Positions 1-8,845 of a stretch of 64,000 nucleotides of DNA are shown here, one piece after another (within the stretch, counting starts at the first letter, position 1; each line of letters begins with the position of its first letter). The stretch is from Vicinamibacterales bacterium. GTDB taxonomy: Bacteria > Acidobacteriota > Vicinamibacteria > Vicinamibacterales > 2-12-FULL-66-21. The DNA lies in the NCBI GenBank assembly GCA_035711845.1, contig DASTBU010000126.1, positions 1,039 to 65,038 on the forward strand, read 5' to 3'. The notes beneath the pieces were generated by a model. The model did not search any database, was not told where the DNA came from, and worked only from the letters and a program-made list of their open reading frames with translations. A program made the position numbers and the translations under genes.

Positions 1-114
1 AGTGAAGAGACTGACCGTGGATCATCGGGGTACGACGGTGACCGTCTCGCGCGGCTCTTTCTGGAAGCCAGCACGTGCACGTGCGCGTACGGGCGGCTCC
101 GCCCTCAGGACGCG

Positions 115-1326
115 GTGTCGGTTTCTTTCTCCGACGTGCAACAGGCACGCGAGCGGATCGGCAACCTCGTCCTGGTCACGCCGCTGGCCTACTCGGCCAA
201 GCTCAGCGCATTGTCGGACTGCCGTCTCTCGCTGAAGCTCGAAAACCTGCAGATGACAGGCGCCTACAAGGAACGCGGCGCCTTCAGCAAGACGCTCCGG
301 CTGAGCGAGCAGGAACGGCGGGCCGGCATTGTCACCTCGTCGGCGGGCAATCACGCCCAGGCGGTGGCCTATGCCGCCAGGCAGCTCGGGGTTTCCGCGA
401 CCATCGTGATGCCGGAAACCACCCCCTTGTCCAAAGTCCAGGGTACCCAGGCGTTCGGCCCCACCATCGTCCTGCACGGCGACACCTATGATGCCGCCTT
501 CCATCGGGCCAAGGAGCTCCAGGAGCAGCGGGGATACACGTTCGTCCATGCCTTCGACGATCCTGACGTGATTGCCGGCCAGGGCACCATCGGTCTCGAG
601 CTGCTGGAACAGGATCCGTACCTGGACGTCGTCGTCGTGCCCATAGGAGGAGGCGGCCTCATCTCCGGCGTCTCGGTCGCGATCAAGGAGACGAATCCGA
701 AGATTCGCATCGTCGGGGTCGAGAGCGCGGCCATGCCCGGCATGCAGGCCAGCCTCGTTGCCGGCGAAGTCACGACCGTCCCCAGCGGCAGCACCATTGC
801 CGAGGGCATCGCCGTAGCCACCGTGGGCCGCCACACGTTTCCGATCGTGCAGAAATATGTCGATGACATCGTCACCGTCTCGGAAGAGGAGATCGCCAAC
901 GCCATCGTGATTCTGCTGGAGCAGGAGAAGACCCTGGCCGAGGGAGCCGGCGCGGCAGGCTTTGCCGCTCTGTGCAACCACAAGATCCAGGGCGTCGGCG
1001 GCAAGAACGTGGCCGTGATCGTCAGCGGCGGGAATATCGCGCTCAACATGCTGTCCAAGATCCTCGAGCGGGGTCAGGCGAAGGACGGCCGGCTGACGCA
1101 CTTGAAGGTGGTGCTGCCCGACAAGCCCGGGAGGCTGGCCGACCTGTCGGTTCTGCTGGCGGGTCACCGCGCGAACGTGCTGCACATGGTGCACGAGCGC
1201 TCGTTTTCGCAAGCCAATCTCGGCGAAGTGCAGGTTACCGTTACCCTCGAAACCCGGGGGCACCAGCACGCGCAAGAGATTCTCACGTCACTGTCACAGA
1301 ACGGGTTTCGTGTTGTCGCGGCCTGA
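115..1326 (+). CDS. ilvA: Threonine ammonia-lyase (threonine dehydratase), PLP-dependent, with C-terminal ACT-like domain
   Basis: 403-aa ORF with GTG start. PLP-lysine region LQMTGAYKERGA, SSAGNHAQAVA and the GGGGLISG loop are present. C-terminal LKVVLPDKPGRLADL looks like an ACT-like regulatory fold. Confidence 0.85.
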   Translation: MSVSFSDVQQARERIGNLVLVTPLAYSAKLSALSDCRLSLKLENLQMTGAYKERGAFSKTLRLSEQERRAGIVTSSAGNHAQAVAYAARQLGVSATIVMPETTPLSKVQGTQAFGPTIVLHGDTYDAAFHRAKELQEQRGYTFVHAFDDPDVIAGQGTIGLELLEQDPYLDVVVVPIGGGGLISGVSVAIKETNPKIRIVGVESAAMPGMQASLVAGEVTTVPSGSTIAEGIAVATVGRHTFPIVQKYVDDIVTVSEEEIANAIVILLEQEKTLAEGAGAAGFAALCNHKIQGVGGKNVAVIVSGGNIALNMLSKILERGQAKDGRLTHLKVVLPDKPGRLADLSVLLAGHRANVLHMVHERSFSQANLGEVQVTVTLETRGHQHAQEILTSLSQNGFRVVAA

Positions 1327-1536
1327 TTACATCGGCGCGCTCCGCCCTCCTGAACCACCCGTCCGGTAGTGCACCGCGCGAAGATGAAGCGCTTCAGCCA
1401 GGCTGCGTTTATCCCGCCGTTACCGGGTCGTCGGGAGGCAGTAGAATCCTGAGCGACTGGAAGGTCCCACCGCTATTGTCACCGAGTCGGGTTTCTCTGG
1501 TCATGGCCTCGCCGGCCCGCAGAGAGATCACGTCAG

Positions 1537-3261
1537 ATGCTGAGGAGCGCCATGGCCAAAAAGGCAGCCAATCTCGTCTACGGCGTCGACGACACGCCCC
1601 CGTTGACGGTGGCGGCTCTGCTCGGGCTCCAGCATGTGGTCGTGTTGACATCCGGTTGGGTGCTCGTGGTGGTGATCGTCACCACCATCGGCGGCACGCC
1701 GGAGGAGGTCACCAACGTCCTGCGGATGTCGATGATTGCCTCGGGCATCGCGACGATCGTGCAATCCCTTCACCAAAGCCCGGTTGGTTCCGGATTCCTG
1801 TGTCCCATCGGCAGTGGGCCTGCGTACGTCTCCGCGTCGATTCTGGCGGGCAGGACCGGGGGCTTGAGTGCGATCTTCGCGATGACCGCCCTCTCCGGCT
1901 TCTTCGAGGGGCTTCTCGGCCGAATCGTGCCGCGACTGCGTGCGCTGTTTCCGCCCGAAGTCACCGGGCTGGTGGTGACGATGGTGGGTATGGAGCTCGT
2001 GGCGCTCGCGTGCCCCAGGTTTCTCGGGTTTCAAGAGGGTGGCACGAGCCTGACAGGAAGCGTCGCCGCGGTGGCGACGGTGACGTTGGCCGCGATGATC
2101 GGACCGACGGTCTGGGGTAAGGGCAAGCTCAAGCTGTATCCCGTGCTCGTGGGTCTGTTCGTGGGATATGTTCTCGCCTATTTCGCCGGCGCTCTTCATA
2201 CCGACCGTCTGCAGGACATGTTCGACGCGTCGATGTTCAGCCTGCCGCGGAAGGTGCAGGGGGGCTGGTCCCTTCATCTCTCGCTGCTGCCCGCCTTCCT
2301 CATCGCCAGCCTGGCCTCGACGCTGAAGAGCGTCGGCGACCTGACCCTCTGCCAGAAGATCAACGACGCCGATTGGAAGCGCACCGACATGCAGTCGGTC
2401 AGGGGGGGCATTTATGCCGGTGCGATCGGCACCGGCTTGTCGGGTCTGCTCGGCGGCATCGGCCAATCGACTTTCTCGAGCAACGTCGGCCTGTCGCTCG
2501 CCACCGGGGCCACCAGCCGGTCCATCGCCGTTGCCTGCGGCATACTGATGATCCTCCTGGCCTTTCTACCCAAGCTCGCGGCCTTCTTCGCCGTGATGCC
2601 GGATCCCGTGATGGGCGCCATTCTCGTTTACGTCGCCTGCTACATGATTCTCGCGGGCATTCAGGTCATCACGTCGCGGATGCTCGACGCCCGCCGGACC
2701 TTCGTCGTCGGCATCGCCCTGATCTTCGGCCTGAGCGTCGACATGGTGCCCGGACTGTACCGCGACGTGCCCGACGCCATTCAGCCTCTCTTTTCGTCGT
2801 CTCTGTCGATTTCTACGGTGCTGGTCGTGCTGCTGAACCTGCTCTTTCGTATCGGCATCACCAAACGCCGGTCCCTGGAGCTGACGCCCGGTGTCGACGG
2901 TTCGCAGAAGATCTTCGAGTTCATGGAGACGCAGGGGAGCATCTGGGGAGCGCGCCGCGAGGTGATCATGCGTGCGACAGCGGCGCTCAACGAATTCGTA
3001 GAGTCCGCCGCCGCCCTGGGCTTCGTGAGAGGTAGCGCCGTGGCCGACGTCAGCTTCGACGAGTTCAATCTCGACCTGGACATTCGATACGCCGGAACGC
3101 TGATGGAATTCCCGAGCCGGCGGCCGACCGCAGAGGCGCTGCTCGCGGACGACAGCGGCGTCGCCGGCCTTTCCGGTTTTCTGATTCGCCAGTACGCCGA
3201 CCGCGTCAAGACGGAGCACGAGAACGGCCGGTGTCGAATCTCGATGCACTTCGACCATTGA
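1537..3261 (+). CDS. NCS2 (xanthine/uracil) family nucleobase permease with C-terminal RsbW/SpoIIAB-like degenerate GHKL domain
   Basis: 574-aa ORF. The first ~440 aa are polytopic and match the nucleobase:cation symporter-2 pattern (GLQHVVVL..., SNVGLSLATGATSR). The last 129 aa (2872-3258) are soluble and align by eye with the RsbW-like protein at 6549-7010. The start could instead be the ATG at 1552. Confidence 0.8.
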   Translation: MLRSAMAKKAANLVYGVDDTPPLTVAALLGLQHVVVLTSGWVLVVVIVTTIGGTPEEVTNVLRMSMIASGIATIVQSLHQSPVGSGFLCPIGSGPAYVSASILAGRTGGLSAIFAMTALSGFFEGLLGRIVPRLRALFPPEVTGLVVTMVGMELVALACPRFLGFQEGGTSLTGSVAAVATVTLAAMIGPTVWGKGKLKLYPVLVGLFVGYVLAYFAGALHTDRLQDMFDASMFSLPRKVQGGWSLHLSLLPAFLIASLASTLKSVGDLTLCQKINDADWKRTDMQSVRGGIYAGAIGTGLSGLLGGIGQSTFSSNVGLSLATGATSRSIAVACGILMILLAFLPKLAAFFAVMPDPVMGAILVYVACYMILAGIQVITSRMLDARRTFVVGIALIFGLSVDMVPGLYRDVPDAIQPLFSSSLSISTVLVVLLNLLFRIGITKRRSLELTPGVDGSQKIFEFMETQGSIWGARREVIMRATAALNEFVESAAALGFVRGSAVADVSFDEFNLDLDIRYAGTLMEFPSRRPTAEALLADDSGVAGLSGFLIRQYADRVKTEHENGRCRISMHFDH

Positions 3262-3313
3262 CCCGGATTTCGATTGAGTCGACCCTGCATGCAGCCACAT
3301 CGAGCACGATGAG

Positions 3314-4603
3314 ATGACCCGAAGCATGCCCGCCAGCCGGCGCCGGGCGCTCGTCGCGTCCGTTGTTGTCGTCGCCTCGGTCCTCGGCCTGCTGATCGGC
3401 CTCGGACGTGGCCGGCCGGAGCCAATCCGCGTTGGCGTGCTGCACTCGCTCTCGGGCACCATGGCCATCAGCGAGCGCCCGGTGGTGGACGCGACCCTGA
3501 TGGCGATCGACGAACTGAACGCGGCCGGCGGTCTGCTCGGTCGTTCCGTCGAGGCGGTCGTCCGCGACGGCGCGTCGGATCCCGCTACCTTCGCGCGGGA
3601 GGCCGAACGGCTGATCGCTGTCGATCGTGTGGCGGCGACATTCGGCTGCTGGACCTCCGCCGTCCGTAAACAGGTGAAGCCGGTGGTCGAGCGGCACGGT
3701 CATCCCCTCTTCTATCCCGTGCAGTACGAGGGTCTGGAGGCCTCCCCCTTCATCATCTACACGGGTGCGGCCCCGAACCAGCAGATCATCCCGGCCGTCA
3801 CCTGGGCGCTCGACAACCTCGGCCGGCGCTTCTTCCTCGTCGGGTCCGACTACGTGTTTCCGCACACGGCCAGCGCCATCATCCGCCACGTCACGAGCGC
3901 GCTCGGCGGCGAGGTCGTGGGCGAGGCGTATGCGCCGCTGGGCGCCCGCGACATGGCTGGGATCGTCGACGAGATCGGGCGCGCACGGCCCGACGTCATT
4001 CTCAACACCATCAATGGCGACAGCAACGCCGCGTTCTTCCACGCGCTGCGTCAGGCCGGCGTCACGCCGGCGCAGATCCCGACGGTGTCGTTCAGCGTCG
4101 CCGAGACTGAACTGGCGACGATCGGCGTGAAGGACTTCGTGGGCGATTACGCGGCCTGGAACTACTTTCAGTCGGTCGACTCGGAAGAGAACCGGCGGTT
4201 CGTCGAGGGGCTGCGACGCCGGACCGGCGCCACTACGGCATCCGACCCGATGGAGGCCGCGTATCTGGGTGTGCACCTCTGGGCGCGGGCCGTGCACGAG
4301 GCCGGGGCGACCGAGACGACGGCAGTGCTCCAGTCGCTGGCCGATCAGAGCTTCGCTGCCCCCGAAGGGGTGGTCTACGTCGACGCCCTCACCCACCACA
4401 CGTGGAAGACCGTACGGATCGGGCGGATACGGTCCGACGGCCAGTTCGACATCGTCTGGGATTCTCGAAGACCGGTCCGCCCCGTCCCTTTTCCCGCGTA
4501 CCGGACCCGCGCCGAATGGGACGCCTTCCTGACCGCTCTCTTCAATCAATGGGGCGGGCGCTGGGTCAATGAAGGGGCGACGGAGACGGGGAGCCGGCCG
4601 TGA
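3314..4603 (+). CDS. UrtA/AmiC-like periplasmic ligand-binding protein (urea/short-amide type, Peripla_BP_5/6), membrane-anchored
   Basis: 429 aa. N-terminal anchor ALVASVVVVASVLGLLIGL, then VGVLHSLSGTMAISE, FGCWTSAVRK, FYPVQYEG, YTGAAPNQQ, NTINGDSN and AAWNYF, which are characteristic of the UrtA/AmiC family. Its stop overlaps the next gene's start (GTGA at 4600-4603). Confidence 0.8.
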   Translation: MTRSMPASRRRALVASVVVVASVLGLLIGLGRGRPEPIRVGVLHSLSGTMAISERPVVDATLMAIDELNAAGGLLGRSVEAVVRDGASDPATFAREAERLIAVDRVAATFGCWTSAVRKQVKPVVERHGHPLFYPVQYEGLEASPFIIYTGAAPNQQIIPAVTWALDNLGRRFFLVGSDYVFPHTASAIIRHVTSALGGEVVGEAYAPLGARDMAGIVDEIGRARPDVILNTINGDSNAAFFHALRQAGVTPAQIPTVSFSVAETELATIGVKDFVGDYAAWNYFQSVDSEENRRFVEGLRRRTGATTASDPMEAAYLGVHLWARAVHEAGATETTAVLQSLADQSFAAPEGVVYVDALTHHTWKTVRIGRIRSDGQFDIVWDSRRPVRPVPFPAYRTRAEWDAFLTALFNQWGGRWVNEGATETGSRP

Positions 4604-6549
4604 AACGCTCGCACAGGCTCTCTGTGCAGCTCAGCGTGTGGTTCGTCGCCATCGCGCTGGTGCCGCTGGCCATTGTGACCGTGTCGACGTATCTGGCCGC
4701 CGAGCGCGCCCTGCGCAGCCAGGTGACGACCGGCCTCTACGCGATCGCCCGGCGGCAGGCCAATGAGATTGCGACCTACGTGCGCGAGCGCGAGCAGAAC
4801 GTGGCGACGCTCTCGCGCATGCCCGGCACGATTGACGCGCTGGAGGAGCTCGGGCGCGCGTTCGCCGGGGACGGCCAGGGACCGGCACTCGACACGCTCG
4901 ACCGGCAGTATCGCCCGTTCCTCTCCTACTATCAGGAAGCCTTCGGCTATGACGACCTGTTGCTCGCCCTGCGCGACGGCAGCGTGGTGTTTTCGGCCCG
5001 GCGCCGGCAGGCCGTAGGGACCAATCTGCGCGCCGACCCCCACCGGACGACGGGTCTCGGCGTGGCGTTCGATCGCATCCGGACCCTGCTCGAGATCGAT
5101 TTCTCCGACTTCGCACCGTCGGGCGAGGGAGATGTCGCGGCGTTCCTGGCGGCGCCCGTGCTCGAGGAGAACACGCTGCTCGGTGTCGTGATTCTCCGGC
5201 TGAACAACAGCGAGATCCTCCGGATCCTGTCCGACCACACCGGACTCGGCCAGACGGGCGAAACGTTGCTCACGCAGCGAATCGACGACGACGCGGTCAT
5301 CGTGGTGCCGCTGCGTCACGGAGCCGATGCGCCGTTCACGCGCCGTATCGCGCTCGGCAGTCCATTCGGCATCCCCGAGCAGCGCGCCGTGCAGGGCTCT
5401 CGCGGCGAAGGTATATCGGTGGATCATCAGGCGCAGCGGGTCCTGGCCGTATGGCGCTACGTGCCCGCGCTGGGCGCCGGACTGGTCGTGAAGATCGGCA
5501 TTGCCGAGGCGTTCGCCCCGATCCGGTATCTCACGCTCCTGGCGCTCGGTCTCGCGGCCACGACCGTCGGGCTGGTCGTCCTCGCCGCGCGCTCGGTCGG
5601 CCGGTCGATCTCCGGTCCGGTCGTTACGCTGACGGCCGCCACGGCGCATATGGCCGATGGCGATCTGACCCGGCGGGTCGACGTCACGGCGCGAAACGAG
5701 ATCGGCCAGCTCGCCCGCGCCTTCAACCAGATGACCGAGCGGCTCGCCCGATCGATCGAGGAGCTGAGGGAATCGACCGCGGCGAAGGAGCGGATCGAGA
5801 GCGAGCTGAGGGTCGCCCACGATATCCAGATGGGCATCCTCCCGAAGATCTTTCCACCCTTTCCCAACCGGCCCGAGTTCGATCTGCACGCCATGCTCGA
5901 GCCTGCCAAGGCGGTGGGCGGGGATTTCTACGATTTCCTGCTGTTCGACGACGAGGAGCTCTACGTCGTCATCGGCGACGTGTCGGGAAAGGGTGTACCC
6001 GCGTCGCTGTTCATGGCCGTCACGCTGACGCTCTTCCGATCGTCGGTGAGGCGCGGTCTGGGTCCCGGGGCGCTGCTGACCAAACTCAACAGGGACCTGT
6101 GCGTGGACAACGTGTCGTCGCTCTTCGTCACGGTCTTCTGCGCGCGCCTCGACGTGCGCAACGGCGCGTTGGTGTTCTCCAACGGCGGACACAATCCCCC
6201 GTATCATGTGGCGGCGGGCGGCGTGTCGCCGCTGCCGCTGCGCGGCGGACCCGTGCTCGGCGTGATCGACCAGACGATATACGCCGAGGATTCCGTGACG
6301 CTGGCGCCTGGCGACACGCTCGTGCTGTTTACCGACGGCATCACCGAAGCCACGAACTCGGCAGACGAGCTGTACGGGGACGATCGGCTCCGCGCCTCGC
6401 TCGACGGCCACCGCGCGGCGCGCGCCGCTGGCATCGTGAGCGAAACGGCGGCCGATGTGCGCCGTTTCGCCGGCGGCGCCCCCCAGTCCGACGACCAGAC
6501 GATGCTGGTGGTGCGATACCACGGCCCTGGTGACGTGAACCGACGCTGA
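4600..6549 (+). CDS. Membrane-bound Cache-HAMP-PP2C (SpoIIE/RsbU-like) serine phosphatase
   Basis: 649 aa. Order of parts: TM helix, ~270-aa extracytoplasmic Cache-like domain, second TM, HAMP (EIGQLARAFNQMTERL), then PP2C/SpoIIE motifs (AKAVGGDFYDF, VIGDVSGKGVPASLFM, FTDGITEA, QSDDQTMLVV). Confidence 0.85.
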   Translation: MKRSHRLSVQLSVWFVAIALVPLAIVTVSTYLAAERALRSQVTTGLYAIARRQANEIATYVREREQNVATLSRMPGTIDALEELGRAFAGDGQGPALDTLDRQYRPFLSYYQEAFGYDDLLLALRDGSVVFSARRRQAVGTNLRADPHRTTGLGVAFDRIRTLLEIDFSDFAPSGEGDVAAFLAAPVLEENTLLGVVILRLNNSEILRILSDHTGLGQTGETLLTQRIDDDAVIVVPLRHGADAPFTRRIALGSPFGIPEQRAVQGSRGEGISVDHQAQRVLAVWRYVPALGAGLVVKIGIAEAFAPIRYLTLLALGLAATTVGLVVLAARSVGRSISGPVVTLTAATAHMADGDLTRRVDVTARNEIGQLARAFNQMTERLARSIEELRESTAAKERIESELRVAHDIQMGILPKIFPPFPNRPEFDLHAMLEPAKAVGGDFYDFLLFDDEELYVVIGDVSGKGVPASLFMAVTLTLFRSSVRRGLGPGALLTKLNRDLCVDNVSSLFVTVFCARLDVRNGALVFSNGGHNPPYHVAAGGVSPLPLRGGPVLGVIDQTIYAEDSVTLAPGDTLVLFTDGITEATNSADELYGDDRLRASLDGHRAARAAGIVSETAADVRRFAGGAPQSDDQTMLVVRYHGPGDVNRR

Positions 6550-7010
6550 TGCACGAAGCGCTGTCCATCACGATTCCCAATCGGTTGGCCGAGATCGAGA
6601 AGGCCGCCCGGCTCATCGAGACGTTCGGCGAGACGCACGGCTTGCCGCCGGAGGTCGTCTTCAACTTCAACCTCGCGCTGGATGAGATCTTGACGAACAT
6701 CATCTCCTACGCTTACGACGACGAAGCGGACCATCGCGTCAAGGTCCACGTGACGCTCGATTGCGACGTGGTCTCGGTGCGGGTGGAAGACGACGGCCGC
6801 GCGTTCAATCCGTTGGACGCCCAGCGGCCCGATATCCGGCTCGGCATCGACGAGCGCCCGATCGGCGGGCTGGGCGTACACATCGTGCGGTCCGTGATGG
6901 ACGCGCTCGAGTATCGCAGGGAGAACGGCCGTAACATCTTCATCATGAGCAAGCGGACACCGAGAGAAGCGGGATCGGCTCCTTCCACCGCCGAGCCTGG
7001 AGTCGACTGA
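6549..7010 (+). CDS. Anti-sigma-type serine kinase (RsbW/SpoIIAB-like, HATPase_c_2)
   Basis: 153 aa. N-box LDEILTNII, G1 VEDDGRAFNP and G2 GGLGVHIV are intact. The ATG overlaps the stop of the phosphatase gene (TGATG at 6547-6551). Confidence 0.8.
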   Translation: MHEALSITIPNRLAEIEKAARLIETFGETHGLPPEVVFNFNLALDEILTNIISYAYDDEADHRVKVHVTLDCDVVSVRVEDDGRAFNPLDAQRPDIRLGIDERPIGGLGVHIVRSVMDALEYRRENGRNIFIMSKRTPREAGSAPSTAEPGVD

Positions 7011-7041
7011 GCGGGAGATCGTCTGCAGAGAGGAGCGGCGT

Positions 7042-7377
7042 GTGGAGATTTACAGCGCAGAGGAAGCCGGCGTCATGATCATCAGCGTGAAGGGCCGGCT
7101 CGACGCCGCCAGCGCGGGCGGCCTCGAGGGCGAGGTGCGGCGCCAGGTGGACGCCGGATCTCGACGGCTGGTCCTCGACCTGACGGACCTAACGTACGTC
7201 AGCAGCGCCGGGATCCGTGTCTTCCTGCTCGCGGCCCGCCAGCTCCGCGGGCTTGGCACGCTCCTGCTGGCGGCGCCGTCGCCGATGGTCCGGCAAGTCT
7301 TCGACATCGCCGGCGTCGATGCATTCGTCGACGTTTGCGAGACGACTGCTGCCGCGGTCGACAGGCTCCGGAGCTGA
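7042..7377 (+). CDS. STAS-domain anti-sigma-factor antagonist (RsbV/SpoIIAA-like)
   Basis: 111 aa. VKGRLDAASA...LVLDLTDLTYVSSAGIRVFL carries the conserved phosphorylatable Ser context (SSAG). Confidence 0.85.
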   Translation: MEIYSAEEAGVMIISVKGRLDAASAGGLEGEVRRQVDAGSRRLVLDLTDLTYVSSAGIRVFLLAARQLRGLGTLLLAAPSPMVRQVFDIAGVDAFVDVCETTAAAVDRLRS

Positions 7378-7476
7378 ACACGGCCGCTGCCAGCGCGGAG
7401 GAGCGCCGCGAAACGCGGAACAGGGGTTCGCGCTGACTCGGCACAACCCAATCCGCGTGTGACCCTTCCCGTCTAG

Positions 7477-7525
7477 TGGCTGGGACCGCATAGGGCGGTG
7501 TACTGGCTGGAGACCGCACAGGGCG
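7477..7525. repeat. Two imperfect ~22-nt direct repeats (TGGCTGGGACCGCATAGGGCG / TGGCTGGAGACCGCACAGGGCG)
   Basis: Read directly at 7477-7497 and 7504-7525 in the non-coding stretch after the STAS gene. A CGCTGGT...ACCAGCG hairpin follows at 7527-7554. Confidence 0.4.
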
Positions 7526-7735
7526 TCGCTGGTTCCTCGTCCACGGTACCAGCGACAACCTGATCACCGTCAACGACGCGTCGACACCTCGGATATCAGC
7601 CGGCATCGAGCGCGGGCGCGCCGGCCGTACGTGCGGTGCTGTTGCAAGCGCTGCGGCGAGATTTCGATCAATCGACACCGGTTTTCATTGCGACGGCTGA
7701 AAGTGTTCGACAACGGGAAGCAGGCGAGGTGCGGT

Positions 7736-7945
7736 TCAGGGTGGACCGCCACGCATACGGCGCGCCTGCTCTTCGGCTATTGCTTCCAGTTCGGCGATCG
7801 CTTCGAGACCGCGCGGCCTGCCGGCGGCGCGCTTGGTGTGGATCAGCGAGGGCAGGTCCAGGCACCAGACATCCCGGTCGAAGATGTTCACGCGGAGGGA
7901 GCGCGCCAGCAGCCGATCGAAGCCGCAGGGGATCTCGCCGGGCAA
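7736..7945 (-). pseudogene. C-terminal fragment of a nucleotidyltransferase-fold (toxin-antitoxin type) protein
   Basis: 69-aa ORF ending in LPSLIHTKRAAGRPRGLEAIAELE. This motif type (K..AGR..D...I..L) is typical of C-termini of MNT/AbiEii-like nucleotidyltransferases. The catalytic N-terminal part is absent. Confidence 0.35.
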
Positions 7946-8073
7946 ATCGATGTCCCCGCATCAACGGGCCGTATGATGACGAGCGAGTGACCACTTCTGG
8001 AAGGCAAGACACGTCAGGCGGAGTGCGCACGACACTCGTTTGGCGACTTACGGGAATCCCGAGGAGGATTGAG

Positions 8074-8511
8074 ATGGCGAAGGCACCGCTCAGTTTTACT
8101 TTTTACATTGCGGCTCCGATCGAGAAGGTCTGGAACGGATTCGTGTCGAAGGAGGCGAACCAGACCATCTTCATGGGCGCGGACTTCGACGTGGACCTCG
8201 AGCCTGGCGGGGCGATGAGTTGGTCGGGGCCCGGTAAGGATGGCAAGCCGACGCGATATGTGACGGGGAAGGTGCTCAGGGTGGAGGCACCGAAGCTGCT
8301 CGAGTACAAGTTCGGCATGGGCGAGGGGACGGTGATGTCGAGGGTGAAGGTGGAATTGACCCCGGAGACCGAGGCCGTGAAGGTGGTGGTCACGAACGAT
8401 GAGTGGGCGGATGACGATCCGGCGTATGTGCAGAACGCCGAGGGCTGGCCGCGGATTCTCTCGCGATTGAAGACGCTCTTGGAGACGGGGAAGACATTTC
8501 GACCGCATTGA
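8074..8511 (+). CDS. SRPBCC / AHSA1 (activator of Hsp90 ATPase homologue)-like domain protein
   Basis: ATG at 8074 is preceded by GAGGAGGA. The 145-aa product (FYIAAPIEKVWNGF..., EGWPRILSRLKTLLETG) is typical of SRPBCC family proteins. Confidence 0.8.
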   Translation: MAKAPLSFTFYIAAPIEKVWNGFVSKEANQTIFMGADFDVDLEPGGAMSWSGPGKDGKPTRYVTGKVLRVEAPKLLEYKFGMGEGTVMSRVKVELTPETEAVKVVVTNDEWADDDPAYVQNAEGWPRILSRLKTLLETGKTFRPH

Positions 8512-8617
8512 TGGCCGACGATCGTGAAATGATCAAAGGGCCCGCCCACGCGAGCGAAGTCAAGAAAGAGCGCGGAGTTCGCGCGGCTGCGCCCGAGACA
8601 GCCGGAGCCCGCAAGGT

Positions 8618-8824
8618 GCCGTGCAGGAGTGCCGCCAGCTTCGCGGCGGTGTCCTGTTGCATCGACGGCAGGACGTGTGCGTAGATCCCCAGCGTCATCT
8701 CGACTTTGGAGTGACCGAGTCGACGCTGAACACGTGCGCCGAGACGCTGGCTGACAGCCTTCAACGTCGCGACGGTATGCCGCGCCTTCGAGATGTCTTG
8801 CGAGGGTTGTAACTCCTCGTTCAC
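8618..8824 (-). pseudogene. Tyrosine recombinase (phage-type integrase) C-terminal fragment
   Basis: RHTVATL...LGHSKVEMTLGIYAHVLPSMQQD matches the conserved RHT...LGHS...Y.HV catalytic C-terminus (Arg, His, Tyr). There is no N-terminal or core-binding part, and the protease gene starts at 8846. Confidence 0.55.
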
Positions 8825-8845
8825 GTTCGCAGGGACGATTACCTG

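Noticed and set aside
1327-1536. Possible purine riboswitch or other leader upstream of the NCS2 permease
   Set aside because: A TAGAAT box (about 1443) and a roughly 90-nt leader exist. I could not find the conserved purine-riboswitch core or any convincing conserved structure by eye, so this needs a covariance-model scan.
7636-8073. Upstream 146 codons of the ORF 7636-8511
   Set aside because: The translation is Arg/Ala-rich nonsense. The SRPBCC domain begins at the ATG at 8074, which has a strong GAGGAGGA ribosome-binding site. The region instead contains the minus-strand nucleotidyltransferase fragment.
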